Of a stretch of 64,000 nucleotides of DNA, positions 38,846 through 51,215 are shown piece after piece. The notes beneath the pieces were generated by a model. The model was not told where the DNA came from, made no database searches, and was given only the letters and a program-made list of their open reading frames with translations. Every line of letters starts with the position of its first letter. The stretch's first letter is position 1. Both the position numbers and the translations under genes were made by a program. The stretch is from Cetorhinus maximus (taxonomy: Eukaryota): contig NC_135896.1 of the NCBI RefSeq assembly GCF_964194155.1, positions 51,522,001 to 51,586,000 on the forward strand, written 5' to 3'.

Positions 38846-41606
38846 CTAAAAGCAAGATATTGTGGATGCTGGAAATCTGAAACAAAAACAGAAAATGCTG
38901 AAAAAGCTCAGCAGGTCTGATAGCATCTGTGAAGAGAGAAACAGAGTTAATGTTTCGAATCCATATCACCCTTCAGAGCTGAAGAGAAGTGGAAATGTGT
39001 GAAGTTTAAACTGTTTGTGTGGTGGGGGGGGTCACAGGTGGAGCTGGATAGTAGGCCAGTGATAGGTGGGGACAAAGGAAGGATTGACAAAGATGTCACG
39101 AATTAAAGGACAAAGGGATTGTTAATGGTAGTGGTTAGTGCTAAAAAAGGTGCTGATAGTGTCATAAAGGTAAGAAAGAAGAATGTGCTAATAGCAGAAC
39201 AAGGGTAGCAATGTGTGAAAGAACATAATGGAACAAGTAACATAGGGCCCTGCAGGGGATGGGATGGTGGGAGGGGGCAGTGGTGGGGGAAAAAAAAAGG
39301 CTTGAAAATGGGATAAAGAGGGGATAAAACCACGGATAAATACATAAAAATAAGTGAATAAAAAATAAAATAAATGTGAAAAAAGGGGGTGAGGATGAAG
39401 GAGAGTGTTCATGGTCTGAAGTTGTTGAACTCCATGTGCAGAATTTTGCCGTCGCGAGCAGGGGGTGTAAAATGCTCGCTGACGCGGGATGACGTCGGGG
39501 GAATCCCCGATGTCATCCCGCCCCATTTAAATTTTCAGGGAAGTGGGGGCACAGCAAAATCAACTGTGCGCCCGCCGACCTGTCAATGGCCAATTGAGGC
39601 CATTAACAGGATCATTTAAACAATTAAAGGACCTGCCCGTCCAACCTTAAGGTTGGCGGGCAGGCCAGGAGCCCCGGCGGCAAATAGAAAAAGCATGAAA
39701 CCTCATCCATCGGTGGGATAAGGTTTCACGCAGGGTTCTAAAAAGTTTAATAAAGTTTTACTGTAATTTATGAACATGTTCCATCTCATGTGACATTGTC
39801 ACATGAGGGGGACATGTTAGGGAATTTTTTTTTCTCTATTAATCTTTTTAAAAGTGTAAGCTATCTCCCTGAGGCAGCACTTAGCCTCAGGGAGATGTGC
39901 GCTCTTTCGCGCGCATGCGTGAAAGAGTGCACTCTCGCTTTTGGGGAATCCCCCCCCGCCCGCACAGGAAGCGCACAGCGCTTCCCGCCGGACGTCACGC
40001 TAGGTGGCCCTTAATTGGCCCGCCCACGTAAAATGGCGGTGGGGCCCACTTCTCTGGCGGGGATTGGCTCCCCGCCCGCTGGAGATTGGATCGGGCCAGC
40101 CCGCCTGGCAGGCAGAAAATTCTGCCCCATGTTAAGTCCAGAAGGTTGTCAAGTGCCTAATTGGAAGATAGGGTGCCGTTCCTCCAGTTTGCGTTGGGCT
40201 TCGCTTTAACATTGAAGCAGGCCAAGGACGGACATGTGGGCACGAACAGGATGGTGTTGAAACGGCAAACAACAGGAAGGTCTGGGTCATGCTTGTGGAG
40301 AGACCAGAGGTGTTGCGCAAAACGGTCACCCATAAAGGACTTTAAGGACTTCAACCCGTTCCCCAGTTCCTTCTCCTCTGTCGCATCTGTTCTGATGATT
40401 CCACTTTCCAAAACGGCGCTTTTGACATGTCTTTCTTAATTGAGGTTTTCCCCAACTGTGCTTGACAGGGCCCTCAGCCGTGTCCAACCCATCTCCTGTG
40501 CCTCTGCCCTCACATCTTCCCCTCCCTCCCAAAATCATGATAAGGTCCCCGATTTCCTCACTTTTCATCCCACCAGCCTCTGCATTCAAAGGATCATCCC
40601 CCACTATTTCCGCCAACTCCAGCATGATGCCCTCACCAAACACATCTTCCCCTCAACCCCCCTGTCAGCATTCCTTGGGGACCATTCCCTCCAGGACCCC
40701 CTGGTCCACTCCTCCATCACCCCCAACACCTCATCCCCTTCCCACGGCATCTTCCCTTGCAATTGCAGAAAGTGCAACACCTGCCCCTTTATTTCCTCCC
40801 TCCTCACCATCCGAGGGCCCAAACACTCCTTTCAAGTGAAGCAGCGCTTCACTTGCACTTCCTTCATTTTAATCTGCTGCATCCGCTGCTCGCAATGTGG
40901 TCTCCTCTACATTGGGGAGACCAGACGCAGGCTGGGTGACTGCGGAACACCTCTGGTCTGCCTGCAAGCATGACCCACACCTTCCAGTCGCTTGCCATTT
41001 CAACACACCATCCTGCTCTCGTGCCCACATGTCAATCCTTTGCCTGCTGCAATGTTCCAGTGAAGCCCAGCGCAAATTGGAGGAACGGCACCTCATCTTC
41101 CAATTAGACACTTGACAGCCTTCTATTTTATTTTTATTCATTTATTCATTCACTTTTTAAATTAATTTATCTGTAGTTTTATCCCCCCTTCTAACCCATT
41201 TTCTATCCTTTTTTCTTCCCCCACCCCCTCCTCATCCCCTACAGGGCCATCTGTTACTTGTTCCATGATGTTCTTTCACACATTGCTACCCTTGTTCTGC
41301 TATTATCACATTCTGCTTTCTTGCCTTTATGCCACTATCAGCACCTTTTTTAGCACTAACCACTACAATTAACAATCCCATTGTCCTTTAGTTCATGACA
41401 TCTTTGTCAATCCCTCCTTTGTCCCCACCTATCACTGGCCTTCTATTCAGCTCCGCCTGCACCCCCCCCCCCCTGCCCCACAAAACAGTATAAATTTCAT
41501 CACATTTCCACTTCTCTTCAGATCTGAAGGAGGGTCAAACGTTAACTCTGTTTCTCTCTCCACAGCTGCTGCTAGACCTGTTGAGTTTTTCCGGCATTTT
41601 CTGATT
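38846..41606. mobile_element. Penelope-like element pair in inverted arrangement (about 38850-40330 minus, about 40345-41606 plus)
   Basis: GIY-YIG motif FTCTS...CIRCSQCGLLYIGET; the two arms are reverse-complementary; TTTTGAATAA at both flanks. Confidence 0.88.
39436..40127. mobile_element. PIF/Harbinger-like MITE nested in Penelope
   Basis: TIRs gtgcagaatttt / aaaattctgccc; 3-bp TSD CAT (39433-35 and 40128-30). Confidence 0.85.
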
Positions 41607-42033
41607 TTTGAATAAATAGTTCTATCAATGATAGTGGAAATGAAAATATTGATGTGCTAGAGGAGAATATGGAACATTTGTTAACAATAGCTGGAATAAA
41701 GGAATTGTTTCATTGGTTATAAAATGCTTTGTGACATCCTGAGCTTGTGAAAGACACTTTATAAATGCATGTCTTTTATTATTGGTTTAGAATTGATGTA
41801 GCTGAGGAGCATGTTGGATTTACTGTTGTTCTGAATTACATTATTATCATTTCAGTTAATTAATTCATATCCTGGGTATCTATTAATTCTGCTTACTATG
41901 AGGGATTGGTATACAATGCTGATCCTTTTTAAATGATGTTTTTATTTAGGAATAAGAAAATAAACTCAATTCAAATTGCAACAAGAAATCATGGGACATA
42001 TGTGACATGCTGATGCAGAATAACCTTTGAATC

Positions 42034-42148
42034 ATATGGACTCGAAACGTTAACTGTTTCTCTCCCCACAGATGCTGTCAGATCTGCTGAGTTTTTCCAG
42101 CGTTTTCTGTTTTTATTTCAGATTTCCAGCATCTGCAGTATTTTGCTT
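42034..42148 (+). mobile_element. Short Penelope-terminus-derived element
   Basis: gactcgaaacgttaact...gatgctgtcagatctgctgagtttttccagc; 13-bp TSD TAACCTTTGAATC (42021 and 42149). Confidence 0.8.
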
Positions 42149-42199
42149 TAACCTTTGAATCTATAAAGACACAGACCTCATACAGCAGTATATGAAATT

Positions 42200-43400
42200 G
42201 ACAAGCTTTATAACATGTATTACCGCTTGAATTTGAAAAGCACCTTTAAACATAGAAAATGTTCCAAGACACTTCACAAATAGGTGTTAAGGAAATGGGC
42301 ATTGAACTAGAAAAAGGGATTAGGCATGAATGAAAATTAGTTGTGGTGGATTTTGAGATTTTTAAAGATGAAAAGAGAGGTCCAGAGGTAGGGTAAGCTA
42401 AGGGAAGAAGTTCCATGGAGTAGTACAGAGATAACTGAAGTTCTGCCACCACTGGTGAGATGGAAATGTACAAAAGGCCAGAGTCCGAGGAACAATGTAT
42501 TCATAAAGGAATACAGCATTGAAAGAGGCAGTATTTCTGGATTTAAATATGTTTGGGACAGAAAGCCAAGGTTAGTCAAGGATGTTGAAAAACCTAATGG
42601 GCAAGTGGACATGTGAATGATGATACATGTGTGAAAGTTTTGGGACAAGTTGGAGTTCCTGGAGAGCTGAGGATGGAAGACCAGTAAGGGTTTGGTTAGA
42701 GTAGTGTGAGATGATGAGCATTTTGGTGACAGTCTGATCTAGAGTTGGTGGCAGGAACTGTTGTAGAAATGAAGGAAGTTGCCTTGGTAATGAAGAGGAT
42801 ATGGGAGTTAAAGCTTGGGAGTTTGTGCTGGAGCCAAAGATGATGGCTTCAGTCTGCCAGATGTAAAACTGGAAGAAGTTGTAATTCATTTGGGTCTGGG
42901 TGTCAAACAAAGTCAAGGTGGATGAGGAGGGATGATGTACCATAGATGTTGTCATGGAGGACATTCATACCTTTGGCTAGAGATGTTTGGGTGCTATGAG
43001 AAGGGGAGATGTTGAACTGGGAAAATTTGAATATGGAGTTTTGGGAGATTGGGCAGAGTTGAGAGATGACAGCATGTTTGAGGAGCTTATAAAGGAAAGG
43101 GAGATTATATTTGTGATAGAGGGAGTGGATGGGCTAAGCTGAGTTTTTAAGGAGCAGGGAGATGATGATTTTGTCGTGGAGCTTGAAGGTGCCAAAAAGA
43201 ACCTTTGCTAGTGTCAGCCCGCATGGAACCAGGAAATGGAGTTGTGGGGGGTAGATTGAGGAATCAGGTGATGTGTTTCATGGAGATGAGCTTGGAGAGT
43301 GCAAGGTGGATGGAAATGGTTGAATCCTGAGCTGGTGTGTGGGCACTGGGGTCAGGGGGAAGAGATAGAGGTGAAGAAATACAATTAAATGAGGCAGCAT
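42200..43400 (-). mobile_element. Old L2 LINE fragment
   Basis: Minus-strand ORF with TEAIIFG and LTGLPSSALQELQL, typical of L2 RT. Confidence 0.65.
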
Positions 43401-44019
43401 ATCCAGCTTGTGGACCTTTTATGGTAATTGAAGTAGTATACACCAGAAGGACAACAGACTACAGGAGTAAAAAGCCCATTCAGGAATAGTCATCATAGTA
43501 GACAAAGAACAATTATTTTAGTGACCAAAATAGTTATGATAGTGGAACAAGCCCACAAAGTGGCCAAAAAGCATGCTAGACATTTCAAGATGTATATTAT
43601 GGTGGATTTTTTAGTTTGTTAAATCCATACACAAAAAGAGGATAGACCTTCATTTGTACATCAGACATTATGTGTTGTGTAATCACAAATGACATTAATA
43701 ATCTCTCAATAACCCATCAGATCCAACACGTGTTCCTTTTCCATGGCTCCATCTCACCTGCGTTCTCTTCCACATTCCTTGATCTTTTCTCTCTTCAAAT
43801 GCCTCTAATTTTCTCTTTAACAAGTTTATACTGCTTCAAAGAACTTCCCTGTTACTTATTTCACAATTGTATTTGCATTAGGTGAAAAACCTGCAACTGA
43901 CTTATACTGATTTCCTCATTTTTAACGTGTGTCCCATGATGAGATTCTCAGAAGAGTTATAAAGTTTTTACGATTTTTAGAAAATATTGGAGGTCTGTAA
44001 AACCAAAAGCAATAAAAGT

Positions 44020-44370
44020 AATTACAGCTTTACCATGTCCTTGGGGCATTCCATAAAATTCTTCACATGCAATTAATTACTTTGGAAATGTAGTTACTGT
44101 TGTTATGCAGCAAACATGGCAGCCAGTTCGTGCACAGCAAGGTCTTGCAATACAACAAATTTAATAAATATCTGCTAAGCTGTTCTTGGTGGTGTCGCCT
44201 AGAAGGAAGAATGTAGGCCAAGATACTGAAAAACCCTTTGCTCTTCAACTAACACAATTGAACATAAGCTGAGACCCGGTCTGCTTGCTCAGATGAATGT
44301 CTCATTTGAAGGAATGCACCTCCGATAATGTAACATTTCTTATGTGCTGCACATAGTGTCAACTGATCAG
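44020..44370 (-). mobile_element. DeuSINE (SacSINE1/AmnSINE1-related) remnant
   Basis: Reverse strand cttgctgtgcacgaactggctgccatgtttgctgcataacaacagtaactacatttccaaagtaattaattg matches the recalled Deu-domain 3' part. Confidence 0.7.
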
Positions 44371-44593
44371 TCGTAGGAATTAGTGAGCTGACATTGCAAT
44401 ATAGTGACATGAAGGTAATAGATTATATTGTAGGGTTAAGCTATATAAGACAAAATTATCATGTTATGTTCGTGAATAACGGTCGGAGTAAGTTATAGAT
44501 TTATCTAGCCATTATCTTCATTTTGGGTTTTGAAGTAAATGTTAGAATTAAATACTGTTGTGACTCATGTTTCTCATTGGCTTGTAAATTCAG

Positions 44594-44675
44594 TTACCTG
44601 ATCTGAAAGATGTTGAAGCAGTACAGAAATTTTTTCTCGAAGAGGTCCAGTTGGGAGAAGAATTGCTGGCAAGAG
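44594..44675 (+). CDS. TOMM20L: TOMM20L exon 3 (82 nt)
   Basis: ttcag|TTACCT...AGAG|gtaaa; LPDLKDVEAVQKFFLEEVQLGEELLAR. Confidence 0.96.
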
Positions 44676-45419
44676 GTAAACCATCGATGTTATTGCTCAT
44701 TATATATTTTTCACAACTAGACCAGATTTTGTATTGACACCAAAGTTGTACAGTAACCATGTACCAAGCTGTGCCTTCATTTTGTTAAGTATCTTTCCTC
44801 CCTCTACTTTCGTTGGCAAAATCCATTTTAAAAGTGCGAATATTTGGATCCAGCATCAGTTATGTCTAAAGATGCTGCTGTGGTATTGATCTGTAGTGCA
44901 GTTAAGCATTCTGCTTTTCAACAAATATTATGACATCCTAATTGTTGTAAAAACCAGGGCTCAATAAAAATCAGGACCTGGCTGAATTGTGGCCTCCAAT
45001 TCCTATTTCTCTTTCCTGTGCTGCTGCTAGATTTTAATTCCTGCTTAATTTCACCACTGGCATTTGGCCACACAATCATTCTGGACTTGAAAATCAAAAC
45101 AAATATGTCAGGGTTTTCTGTTCCTTCAGTTGAATACTGGACTTGCCTGTCTGTCTTGTCTTTCCCCAAGATCTGCTACAACACATGTGGCTCCTGTTCC
45201 CTATAGTTATAGGTGAAACCCCTCCAAAAAACTCACTGTTCAAATGTGTCCTCAACCCTTGCATTGCTCCCCTGCCCATTTCTGCTCCACAGCTTGGTTG
45301 CCATCACATTGCCTTCATCTTGGTGTCTTTCTTACTCACCATCCAATCTTCTGTCATCTCTGATCTGTTGGCCCAACATTTAGGCAACTCTGGGCTTATG
45401 TCACTAGATGTTCTGTGAA

Positions 45420-47175
45420 AATAATTTGTGAGTAGTAGGTACTGGCACAATATCAGTGAAGTCTGCATAGATGGGGAAGTACTCATTGACAGGAACAAGC
45501 AAACTGCCCGCTGGGTACAGCACTACTCCGAGCTATTCTCATGAAATATGGATATCTTGCTGCCTTTGCTTAATGACCTTCTGCAGCTACTCATTATGTA
45601 TGAGCTTTATGTAGAACCCTCATTACTTGAGTACCAACTCCCTAGCAGCAAGGAAAGCACCTGGAAAGGATAGAATGAATATCAACTGAGTTACTCAAGT
45701 ATGGAAAACCCCACCTGCTGCCATACCCCCATGACTTCTTCCTCCTCTGCTGGAGAGAAGGCCCTGTCCCACAGGCTGTGTGATGCAAACAGCATCACAT
45801 TATACAAGAACACAGGCGATCGAGGGGATTGCAACAACTACCAGGGCAATGCACTCCTCACCATCACTGGGAAGGCCTTTTCCAGAATCATTCTAACAAG
45901 GCTCCATCGACTAGCCAACAGAACCAACTGGAGGCACAATGTGGCTCTATAACAGGTAGATCCATGGTAGACATGATCTTCTCCCTACATCAGCTTCGAG
46001 ACATGAACAGAGCATCAAACATCTACCTTGCTTTTGTGGATTTCATAAAAGCATTTGACACCATGACTATGATAGGCCTGTACTGGATATTAGAGAAAAT
46101 TGGCGGTTCTCTGAAGATTCTCACTCTGTTGTGGTGCTTTCACAATTATGTGCACCACAACAGGGCTTCCTCTTGGCTTCTACTCTGGTATCTTTTTCTG
46201 TGTCTTACTGACCTATGCTTTCCTTGCCGACATGGAAGGGGTATACTTATCAAGACTGAAAGCCAAGACAAAAGTGTGGCATGTCCTGATCAGAGAACTT
46301 CTGTATGCTGATGATGCTGCACTGGTTGCCTAGAAGACTAGCTCCAAAGGTTCATGGATGGTCTGACCCATGCTTGCGTCATGTTTTCCCTCACTATCCG
46401 TGTCAAGAAAACTGTAGTTATGGTACAGGGTATTGTGAATTCGTCTGTGATCATACTTAACATACCGCTGGAATTAGTCCACAAATTCTGCCACCTTGGA
46501 TCTATGGTGACAGCCTGCCTCTCGACAAAGAGCTCAGGATATACATTGGAAAGGCAGCCACCAAATTTGGCTGACTAACAAAATGGACGTGGAAAACAAC
46601 AACCTGACCCGCAGGACCAAGGTACTACAAGGCCTGTATCCTCAGCACATTGCTGTATGGCAGCAAAGCCTGGACAACTTACACCTATCAAGAAGAAAGG
46701 CTCAATAACTTTCATCTTCGGTGTCTATAATGCATCCTTGGCATCACATGGAAGGATAAAGTCACCAATGAAACAATCCTTTCTAGGGCAAACATGCTGG
46801 GAGGTAACATATGCCAAAAGACCAGCAGGGTGCCCAAAGCTTTGATTCAAGGATGCTGTCAAGAGACACGAGGGCCCTCAATATCAATCACGACAAGTGG
46901 GAAGCTCTGCTGACACCTGTGGACAGGAGATTGCCACCACAACATTTTGTTTCATAAACTCCGAAGCAGATGCCAGCCCTGCAAACAAGGTGTCAGCAGA
47001 GATTATCCTGCACTACTGCAAGGAGCAACTTCATGTGTGGCACTTGTGGCAGACTTTGCCTTTCCAGAATTGGCTTCTCCAGTAATCAAAAGAAGTACAG
47101 CAGATGATCTCATTTGGCCTTACCAGCTGTATTCCCCAAATTTTCTCTCAGATGGAAGGATGGCAATACAGTAAG
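45420..47175 (+). mobile_element. RTE-clade LINE fragment (decayed)
   Basis: GDRGDCNNYQG...GKAFSRI, SMVDMIFSL, AFVDFIKAFD and ELLYADDAAL motifs. Confidence 0.85.
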
Positions 47176-48064
47176 TAAATTTCAGCTGTTTCAGTTCCAT
47201 TGGACTGCATAAATAGGTGCAAGCAGATACAATGCAACAAAATTATTTCTGGATTGTGGGAGATCCACATGTAGCAGTCTATTGGGATTTTAGCATTTGT
47301 CAGCTGACTTTCAGAGATATATGTGCATAATAACTTGGAACATGGTAATCCTTATTTTTACATCATATGTCAGACCTACCAAGTATGTAACGCAATTAGT
47401 ATCCATTTCCTGATTGATTCAGGTACTTGGCTTGCCTTATCACTGCACTATTAGTCTAACCGGGCAGTGGCTGTTGAGCAAGGTTCACAGCTGGCAAGAT
47501 AGTTTATAGATTACATTCCCGCTACCAAAGGACAACTGCACACATATGCTTAGAGACCTGCAGAATGTAATGACATGTCGATACATTTTCAGTGTTTGAG
47601 TGCAGGTGTTAATAAGTTAATAATTTTACATGAAGTCCAGCGGATCCTTAAATACTCAACTTAACCCCACACAGGGATGATCCTTAAGTTGAATCAGGCC
47701 CAAGTAATGTGGTGAAGCAAATATTTCCTTTTCCAAAATGTTGAAATTTAAACCATTCCACCATTGTTCAAGTGGAGCATCATTAATGCATGTTTATCTT
47801 GCTCAATTCAGAAAATGTGTACATATCTATAATATATTAAGTTTTATGTATGGTGGACACCACCTGTAAGTGTTACATGTAATTTCTGTTAACTTTAGCC
47901 GTCATACTTTACCACATCCTTTGAAACACCTGAAGCAAATCTAAAATCAACCCACAAAATAACAAGTATTGAATTCAGTTTGACAATTTACCAAAGTGGT
48001 ATTTGAACTCTCAACCTCGATGTTACTTGTCTATAGCTTTAACCACTACTTTGCTGATTTTCAG

Positions 48065-48207
48065 GTGATTATGAGAAAGGAGTTGACCATTTAAGCAATG
48101 CTGTATCTGTGTGTGGTCAGCCCCAGCAACTATTACAGGTTCTCCAGCAGACATTACCACACCCAGTGTTCCAAATGCTTATCCAAAGATTGCCTGCTGT
48201 TAGACAG
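48065..48207 (+). CDS. TOMM20L: TOMM20L exon 4 (143 nt)
   Basis: ttcag|GTGAT...ACAG|gtatg; GDYEKGVDHLSNAVSVCGQPQQLLQVLQQTLPHPVFQMLIQRLPAVRQ. Confidence 0.96.
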
Positions 48208-48529
48208 GTATGACAATATTCATTTCTAATATTTGTAAACTTGTTCACTCTTTTTCCTTAAATATATTGCATGTACTGATTATTATTTGAAAATAAAGGA
48301 AATGTTTAATTTAAAGATACAAAAATGTTATATAGTAGACAACCTACAGATTTGCTTTTTATATTTCCAAATCTAATTACCCTAGTGTTGGCCACTAAGG
48401 AACATTTAAAAAGATTTTCAGAGGAATATGATCACTTATCAAGTCCAAATTTTAAATTTGTATTAACGTATTGAAGATTTTTTTATATAAAAAGTGAAGC
48501 ACTGGCTGAGTTGCAATTTAGCTGATAGG

Positions 48530-49092
48530 AAAACCTGCAACAGGGCTTTGGTGAAACTACATCTGGAATGCTGTGTGCAGTTTTGGTTTCCATATTTAAG
48601 GAGCAATATAGTTACATTGGAGGCAGTACATTAAAGGTTCACTAAATTGATCTTTGGGACGATGGGGTTGTCCTATGATGAGAGGTTGTGTAAATTGGGA
48701 ATATATTCTCTGGAGTTTAGAAGGTTGAGAGGCAATCTCATTGAAACATACAAGATTCTTAAGGGAGTTGATGGCTTGGACGCTGAGAGATTGTTTCCGC
48801 TGGCTGGGGAATCCAAAACATGGAGTCTCAGGATAAGGGGCTAATCATTTAGAATTAAGATGAGAAATTACTTCACTAAAAAGGTTATGAATCTTTGGAA
48901 TTCTCTACCTCAGAGGGTTGTGGATGCTCCATCATTTAAGGCTGAGGTTGATTAGATTTTTTTTGTCTCTCAGGGAATTGGGGAAACAGGTGGGAAAGTA
49001 GAATTGAAACCCAAGATCAGCCATGATTGTATTGAATGGCAGAGCAGGCTCAATGGGCTGTGTGGTCTACTCTTGCTCTTATTTCTTGTATT
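48530..49092 (+). mobile_element. CR1 3' fragment
   Basis: GLSYDERLCKLGIYSLEFRRLRGNLIETYK plus a CR1 tail. Confidence 0.85.
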
Positions 49093-50093
49093 CTGTCATA
49101 AATCTCCAAGTTCAAGACTGGTTTTGTCTAATTAGCAAAACAAAAAACATTGAACTGTTAATATTTGCCAGTTGGTAAACTCTGTAAATAGTCTAGGTTA
49201 ATTTATCAGAGGTCCTACAGTTAAAAAAAAATATTTTAAAATAGCTTCATCTTCAGTGACATTGCAAAGTTGTCTGTGTAGAAGTTATTTGGAATTATAT
49301 TTTTTCTCTAAGGGGCAAATAATCAATTGAAGTCACAAGTAAAACTAAGTGCTCACTTTGTTTTAAAAACTAGAGAATCCTACTTGTACCATTCAATGAG
49401 GTACAAGGCCCATTTATGTATTTATTTGAAAAGTATTTTTGCAACACTTAAGGATTGTACCAAATATATGAAACTATATTGACCATTACCCATGGAGTAC
49501 ATTAACCAATTCTTAACTAGTGGTTAGTATTTTTCTATAACCCTCCCATAAGACAGTATAAATCACAAATATGAATTACAGTGGAAAACATGGGTAACTA
49601 GCATGAACAAACAAGACTGGCTATACATAAGATAACCTCTCTTCAGACAAAAGATTTTTTTGTGATTAATAGCTATAAAGCATTTTGCTTAGCAAGTGGG
49701 CTGGTAATGAGACAACTGGTCTTGTTTTTAATCTATTTCTTAAAGCGGTAGGTACTTGGAAATTTGGCAAAATATGAGGGCAATGGGCAAATAGTGTGAA
49801 GATTAAAGTTAGTGTTCTTATTGCTGTGCTGTTGGTGCATTGGGTTGAATGAAAGGATTGTATTTTGAAAGCAAGTGTATTACTGAAACAGAGTCTAGAA
49901 GTTTCCAAATATATATAACTATGGTTCTAACTGGATATCTTAAACATTTTATCAGAAGTATAAAGTAAAATGAATACATGTACCATCTATTTCTTTTTAA
50001 ACACAGAACAGAAAGATGTCTTGATGATTTTCTTGTTTGTTACAATAAATGTGATTTTCTCTTCCTCACACTATCCCCACCCCCCACCATCAG

Positions 50094-50147
50094 CGTTTTC
50101 TTGCAGGTATGAATGCACAGAATTTGGTAGAAGATGACGTTGAATAA
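50094..50147 (+). CDS. TOMM20L: TOMM20L last exon with stop codon
   Basis: atcag|CGTTTT...; RFLAGMNAQNLVEDDVE then TAA at 50145-47. EDDVE is the TOM20 C-terminus. Confidence 0.9.
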   Translation, partial: RFLAGMNAQNLVEDDVE

Positions 50148-50171
50148 AAGGTTTACACCATCTTCAGCTCC

Positions 50172-50184
50172 AATAAAGTTTATT
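50172..50184. terminator. Back-to-back polyadenylation signals on both strands
   Basis: AATAAA at 50172-77, G, then TTTATT at 50179-84, between the convergent stops of TOMM20L and TIMM9. Confidence 0.55.
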
Positions 50185-50449
50185 CCATCATCATTGTGGA
50201 CTTTAACCTCAGTGATTACTGTAGACTTAAGTTTACAAACAATTCAAATGTGTACCATTCACTTTCAAATAAACCAGAAGCGTTGGTCCATCAGACATAA
50301 TGAATTCCTGTTTCCATCTATCTTTTCTTGATTATAAGAATGTTCATTTCATTTGCATTTTAATAGGCACCAGTGTTTGTGGCCATTCTTCTACTAGTGC
50401 AACACTGTTTTATACTCCATTTGTACCCTGACTCTCAATTGGTCCATTT

Positions 50450-50587
50450 TTATATCCGAGGTTGGCTAATCAGTCCTGCTTTGGCTGCTAAAGCTTCATT
50501 TTGTTGAATATGATATTCCTGAAAGCGCATTGATATTCTTTGGGTCATCTTCAAATATTTCTGTAGACAATGTTCTGAACAGGTTAC
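50450..50587 (-). CDS. TIMM9: TIMM9 last coding exon with stop codon
   Basis: cag|GTAACC...; [45 protein letters not shown]; second CX3C motif. Confidence 0.97.
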   Translation of the reverse strand, partial: VTCSEHCLQKYLKMTQRISMRFQEYHIQQNEALAAKAGLISQPRI

Positions 50588-51136
50588 CTGCATTGAAAAT
50601 AAAAGCTTATACCAAAATATATTGCAAAGAAACCTAGTAAATTGAAAGTGCAGCTTCTTTTAGTATACATTTCCAGTGTAAATGTAAACCTTCATATTCC
50701 CCATCCCATGTAAACCGTTTACATATGCAAAAATATACACAACAGGTATTATCACCAGTACAAAGCAGTTTTCAGAACAGTGCCCAATATGTTTGAACAT
50801 CGTGACTAGGGGACAATTCAAGAAATGTAACACATCACAAAGATATTTGTTCACACATACCAGTCAAAAAGTCAGTGTATGTGAAATGCTGGTTTGGGTG
50901 ACAGAATAAATGGAGATATTTCTCCTGATAGCTAATGATTATAAGGAGACTCAAAAAGGGTAAGAGGGAGACGAGCTACTTTCAAGGTTTAGCAAATTCA
51001 ATTCTTAAGTCTTATGCATTAATTACAGGAGTTGCCCTCAAGGATAATTCTCCTGCTTCTTTCTCTATTCCTGTGAGGGTCATGAAATAGGATGGCCTTT
51101 GGTTGGTGCTTCTTTTGCCTTATGACAATATTCCAG

Positions 51137-51215
51137 GGGTGGAATTTTATAGCCCCATTGCGGCAGGAGCAAGGTGCAAGTCCACTGACTTCAATGGGAC
51201 CATAAAATCCCACCC
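51137..51215. mobile_element. Mini Harbinger-like MITE (about 80 bp)
   Basis: TIRs gggtggaattttat / ataaaatcccaccc. Confidence 0.55.

Noticed and set aside
18030-47175. Currently active autonomous retroelements
   Set aside because: All RT and endonuclease ORFs seen here are broken by stops or frameshifts.
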